Source of the DNA: Candidatus Eiseniibacteriota bacterium | Lineage (GTDB): Bacteria > Joyebacterota > Joyebacteria > Joyebacterales > Joyebacteraceae | Direction of reading: 5' to 3' | Length of the DNA stretch: 20,632 bases | NCBI GenBank assembly: GCA_043819135.1 | Contig: JBDRFG010000024.1 | Location: forward strand, 1 to 20,632 | Shown: in pieces, positions 18,074-20,632 of the stretch | Position numbering within the stretch: position 1 is the stretch's first letter | How the letters are laid out: every line of letters begins with the position of its first letter | The notes under the pieces: generated by a model | Seen by the model: the letters and a program-made list of their open reading frames with translations, nothing else | Database searches by the model: none | What the model was told of the DNA's origin: nothing | Program-made: the position numbers and the translations under genes

Positions 18074-18843
18074 TCGACAGGCGGCACATAGAGCTGATGA
18101 ACGCGGAGATCGACGGGGTCAACTCCCCCGAGGCATCTCGCGAACTCCATGACTGCCTCGATGCCTGTCCGGACGCCCGTCGTCGTTTCGAGGAGCTGAA
18201 GGAGGTCGGGCGCGTTCTCGCAGAATCCGACCAGGTCTCCCCGCCCGCGCAGCTGAAGGTCGCGATCATGAGAGCCGTGGCCGCGCGCAGGAGCGGGGAG
18301 GTTGGTGCCGGACTCCTCGAGAGGATGAGAGAGGCTCTCAGTCCCGCGCCGAGAATGAGGCTGGCTTACGCCTTCACGGGCGGCATCGCGGTTGGGCTCG
18401 GTCTCTTCGCGCTGCTGTCGGTCACCCTCCCCCAGATGCTTCCCGGTGACGCAGCAGACCTGTATGGAACCGTCGGGGGCGGCGAGCGCCGCTTCGTGGC
18501 GGCGGATCCCGTGTCATTCAACGTGCCCGGGGCCACGGGAAGCGCCGGCGTTAGCTACTGCGCGGAGACCGTGATGCTCGAGCTGAGCCTGTCGTCCGAC
18601 TCGGAAGTCGTGGTGGTCCTCTCCTACGACGAGCAGGTCGACTTCGACGGACTAAGAGCGCTCCAGGCCGGAGATCATGCGATCAGAGTGACCGGCCACA
18701 GGGTCGAGCTCACACACGCAGGAATGCGCGACTACGACCTCCACTTCACTGACCATACCGAGTCTCACCTGCCGATGCGAATGAGCGTGCTCGAGGCAGG
18801 TCGGACCGTGTTCGAGAGTGCTGTCCCGCCGGGGCGAGAGTAG
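18070..18843 (+). CDS. Transmembrane anti-sigma factor (ZAS-like N-terminus, one TM helix, extracytoplasmic beta-rich domain)
   Basis: GTGA overlap with the sigma gene; ELMNAEIDG...ELHDCLDACPDARRRFEEL resembles zf-HC2 anti-sigma domains; TM segment LAYAFTGGIAVGLGLFALLSV. Confidence 0.8.
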   Translation: MIDRRHIELMNAEIDGVNSPEASRELHDCLDACPDARRRFEELKEVGRVLAESDQVSPPAQLKVAIMRAVAARRSGEVGAGLLERMREALSPAPRMRLAYAFTGGIAVGLGLFALLSVTLPQMLPGDAADLYGTVGGGERRFVAADPVSFNVPGATGSAGVSYCAETVMLELSLSSDSEVVVVLSYDEQVDFDGLRALQAGDHAIRVTGHRVELTHAGMRDYDLHFTDHTESHLPMRMSVLEAGRTVFESAVPPGRE

Positions 18844-18934
18844 AACAGGTTTCTTAAGACAGAGCGCCATCCCGCTGCCGGTTTCGCGATATCACCAAGT
18901 AGTAAGGCTCAAGAAGGGAAAGGGGGTTCTGCTC

Positions 18935-20632
18935 ATGGGTAAGACGAAGGCAATCTTGGCCGGTGTTGTCGTCATCGCCGTTGCCGCGGTCGTCTACTTC
19001 GGTTTCTTCTTCCCACCTCCGCCTGGTGAGGACGTCACCGGCACGATCGGCGCCGTTCAGAAATACAGAGCGGAGCAGATGACCGATGATGACGTCGTCC
19101 TCGCTGGCGAGGAGTCCATGTCCGAGAGCGACGTCAACGAGCTCGTGGGACTGCTCGATGCCGCATCGGCCGAGGAGAAAGCGGGCATGTTCGAGCGTAT
19201 GAGCCACGATGAGAAGGTGGCTTGCTTCAACGCTCTCCCGCTCGAGATGCAGAAGGATCTGCTCGAAAAGAGCCCCGTATGGTCTCAGCCGTACGGACTC
19301 GAGTTCTTCCAGAGGATGTCGGTCGACGACAAGGCCTCGCTCTTCAAGGAGATGCCTCTCGACGCCAGGCTCGACGTGCTTGAGAAGAGCCCCGTCTGGA
19401 GTCAGCCGTACGGCCTCGACTTCTTCCAGAGACTGCCCGAAGAAGAGAAGGTCGCCGCGTTCGACCGTATGTCGATCGAGCCGAAGCTGGCGCAGCTCCG
19501 GAAGAGCCCCGTGTGGAGCCAGCCCTACGGTCTCGACTTCTTCCAGCGCATGCCCGAAGAAGAGAAGATCGCGATGTTCGACCGTATGTCGATTGAGCCG
19601 AAGCTGGCGCAGCTCCGCAAGAGCCCTGTGTGGAGACAGCCCTACGGCCTCGACTTCTTCGAGAAGATGCCGGTCGAGATGAAGGCCATCGGCTACGACC
19701 TCGTTCCGCTCGACGAGAGGGTCGCGGCTCTCGAGAGGAGCCCCGTTTGGAGTCAGCCCTACGGCCTCGACTTCTTCGAGAAGATGCCGGTCGAGATGAA
19801 GGCCATGGCGTTCGAGAGAAGCCCGGTGTGGTCTCAGCCGTACGGACTCGAGTTCTTCCAGCGGATGTCGATCGAGCCGAAGCTGGCGCAGCTCCGCAGG
19901 AGCCCGGTGTGGTCGCAGCCTTACGCTCTTGAGTACTTCCAGAGGAGCCCGGTGAGCGAGCAGCCCGAGGCCATAGAGTTCTTCCGGCGGATGACCACCG
20001 ACGACAGGATGGAGGCTCTCGAGCGCCTGCCCGAGACGGATCTGAGTCAGATCCTGGAGCGCAGCCCCGTGTGGTCGCAGCCGTACGACCTCGCCAGCTT
20101 CAATCGTGCCCCCCTCGAGGAGAAGGTCGCGATGCTCGATGCGATGTCTCTCGAGGACCACGTGAGCGTGTTGGAGAGAAGTCCGGTCTGGTCTCAGCCG
20201 TACGGACTCGAGTTCTTCCAGCGCATGGACGTTGCCGACAAGGCGTCCTACTTCGGCAGGATGACTACCGAGAACCGCCTCTTCTTCCTGGAGCAGTGCT
20301 CTCTCGACTGCCTGACCGGCATTCTCGAGCGCAGCCCGGTGTGGTCGCAGCCGTACGACCTCGCCAGCTTCAATCGCGCTCCCCTCGAGGAGAAGGTCGC
20401 GATGCTCGATGCGATGTCGGTAGAGGACCAGGCATCGTTACTCGAAAGAAGCCCGGTGTGGTCGCAGCCGTACGGACTCGATTTTTTCAACAGGATGTCG
20501 ATCGAGCCGAAGCTGGCGCAGCTCCGCAGGAGCCCGGTGTGGTCGCAGCCTTACGCTCTTGAGTACTTCCAGAGGAGCCCGGTGAGCGAGCAGCCCGAGG
20601 CCATAGAGTTCTTCCGGCGGATGACCACCGAC
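18935..20632 (+). CDS. Membrane-anchored modular repeat protein with SPVWSQPY repeats (>=566 aa, 3' end beyond the right edge); absent from ORF track
   Basis: SD-like AAGGGGG then ATG 18935; MGKTK, TM segment AILAGVVVIAVAAVVYFGFFF, then PPPPGEDVTGTIGAVQKYRAEQMTDDDVVL. No stop in frame up to 20632. Repeats are conserved in amino acids while codons vary. Confidence 0.9.
   Translation, partial: MGKTKAILAGVVVIAVAAVVYFGFFFPPPPGEDVTGTIGAVQKYRAEQMTDDDVVLAGEESMSESDVNELVGLLDAASAEEKAGMFERMSHDEKVACFNALPLEMQKDLLEKSPVWSQPYGLEFFQRMSVDDKASLFKEMPLDARLDVLEKSPVWSQPYGLDFFQRLPEEEKVAAFDRMSIEPKLAQLRKSPVWSQPYGLDFFQRMPEEEKIAMFDRMSIEPKLAQLRKSPVWRQPYGLDFFEKMPVEMKAIGYDLVPLDERVAALERSPVWSQPYGLDFFEKMPVEMKAMAFERSPVWSQPYGLEFFQRMSIEPKLAQLRRSPVWSQPYALEYFQRSPVSEQPEAIEFFRRMTTDDRMEALERLPETDLSQILERSPVWSQPYDLASFNRAPLEEKVAMLDAMSLEDHVSVLERSPVWSQPYGLEFFQRMDVADKASYFGRMTTENRLFFLEQCSLDCLTGILERSPVWSQPYDLASFNRAPLEEKVAMLDAMSVEDQASLLERSPVWSQPYGLDFFNRMSIEPKLAQLRRSPVWSQPYALEYFQRSPVSEQPEAIEFFRRMTTD
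19163..20632 (+). repeat. Intragenic tandem array of 36-bp (12-aa) and 45-bp (15-aa) modules
   Basis: SPV motif starts at 19271, 19388, 19505, 19622, 19739, 19820, 19901, 19946*, 20063, 20180, 20333, 20450, 20531, 20576* (* = degenerate SPVSEQPE). Spacings are 117,117,117,117,81,81,45,117,117,153,117,81,45 bp. Confidence 0.92.

Noticed and set aside
17506..18871. Shared CGCCA(A/T)C as ECF -35 element upstream of the sigma (17506-17512) and repeat gene (18865-18871)
   Set aside because: Short GC-rich match with dissimilar -10 regions; not supportable without comparative data.
19271..19315. Resemblance of QPYG to plant lyciumin cores and of PxWxQPY to synthetic IL-1 receptor antagonist peptides
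   Set aside because: Short-motif coincidence; the terminal Trp of lyciumin cores is missing, there is no BURP domain and no host context.
18854..20161. 435-aa minus-strand ORF and other short track ORFs over the repeat region
   Set aside because: Shadow frames of the plus-strand gene, which has an SD, a TM anchor and codon-level conservation.
19268..20585. KSP/RSP repeats as substrates of the neighbouring Ser/Thr kinase
   Set aside because: The kinase appears cytoplasmic, while the repeats follow an N-in TM anchor (MGKTK) and are probably extracytoplasmic. Worth revisiting only if the topology is wrong.
19271..20632. CRISPR array or other non-coding DNA repeat
   Set aside because: Repeats vary at synonymous positions, all spacings are multiples of 3 in one open frame, spacers are related to each other, and no cas genes are present.

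Overview
High-GC bacterial window with two divergent blocks. Left (minus strand, 14014->1): a co-oriented glycan/glycopeptide utilisation cluster encoding a secreted Ntn amidohydrolase, a GH38-like protein, a CBM9-like protein, a sodium:solute symporter, a GH130 mannoside phosphorylase, a GH38 alpha-mannosidase, an oligopeptidase B interrupted by one in-frame TAA, and a GH97 running off the left edge. Right (plus strand, 14245->20632): a signalling block with a Ser/Thr kinase-TolB-like-TPR protein, an RsbW-like/STAS pair, an ECF sigma factor and a membrane anti-sigma factor. It ends in an ORF missing from the ORF track (18935->edge, >=566 aa). This ORF is a membrane-anchored protein built from two modules, a 12-aa helical unit and a 15-aa unit with a near-invariant SPVWSQPY motif (12 copies plus 2 degenerate), always spaced 15+12n aa apart. 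This repeat protein and its ECF context are the best candidate for an undescribed system. All calls come from manual translation and motif recognition; no searches were run.
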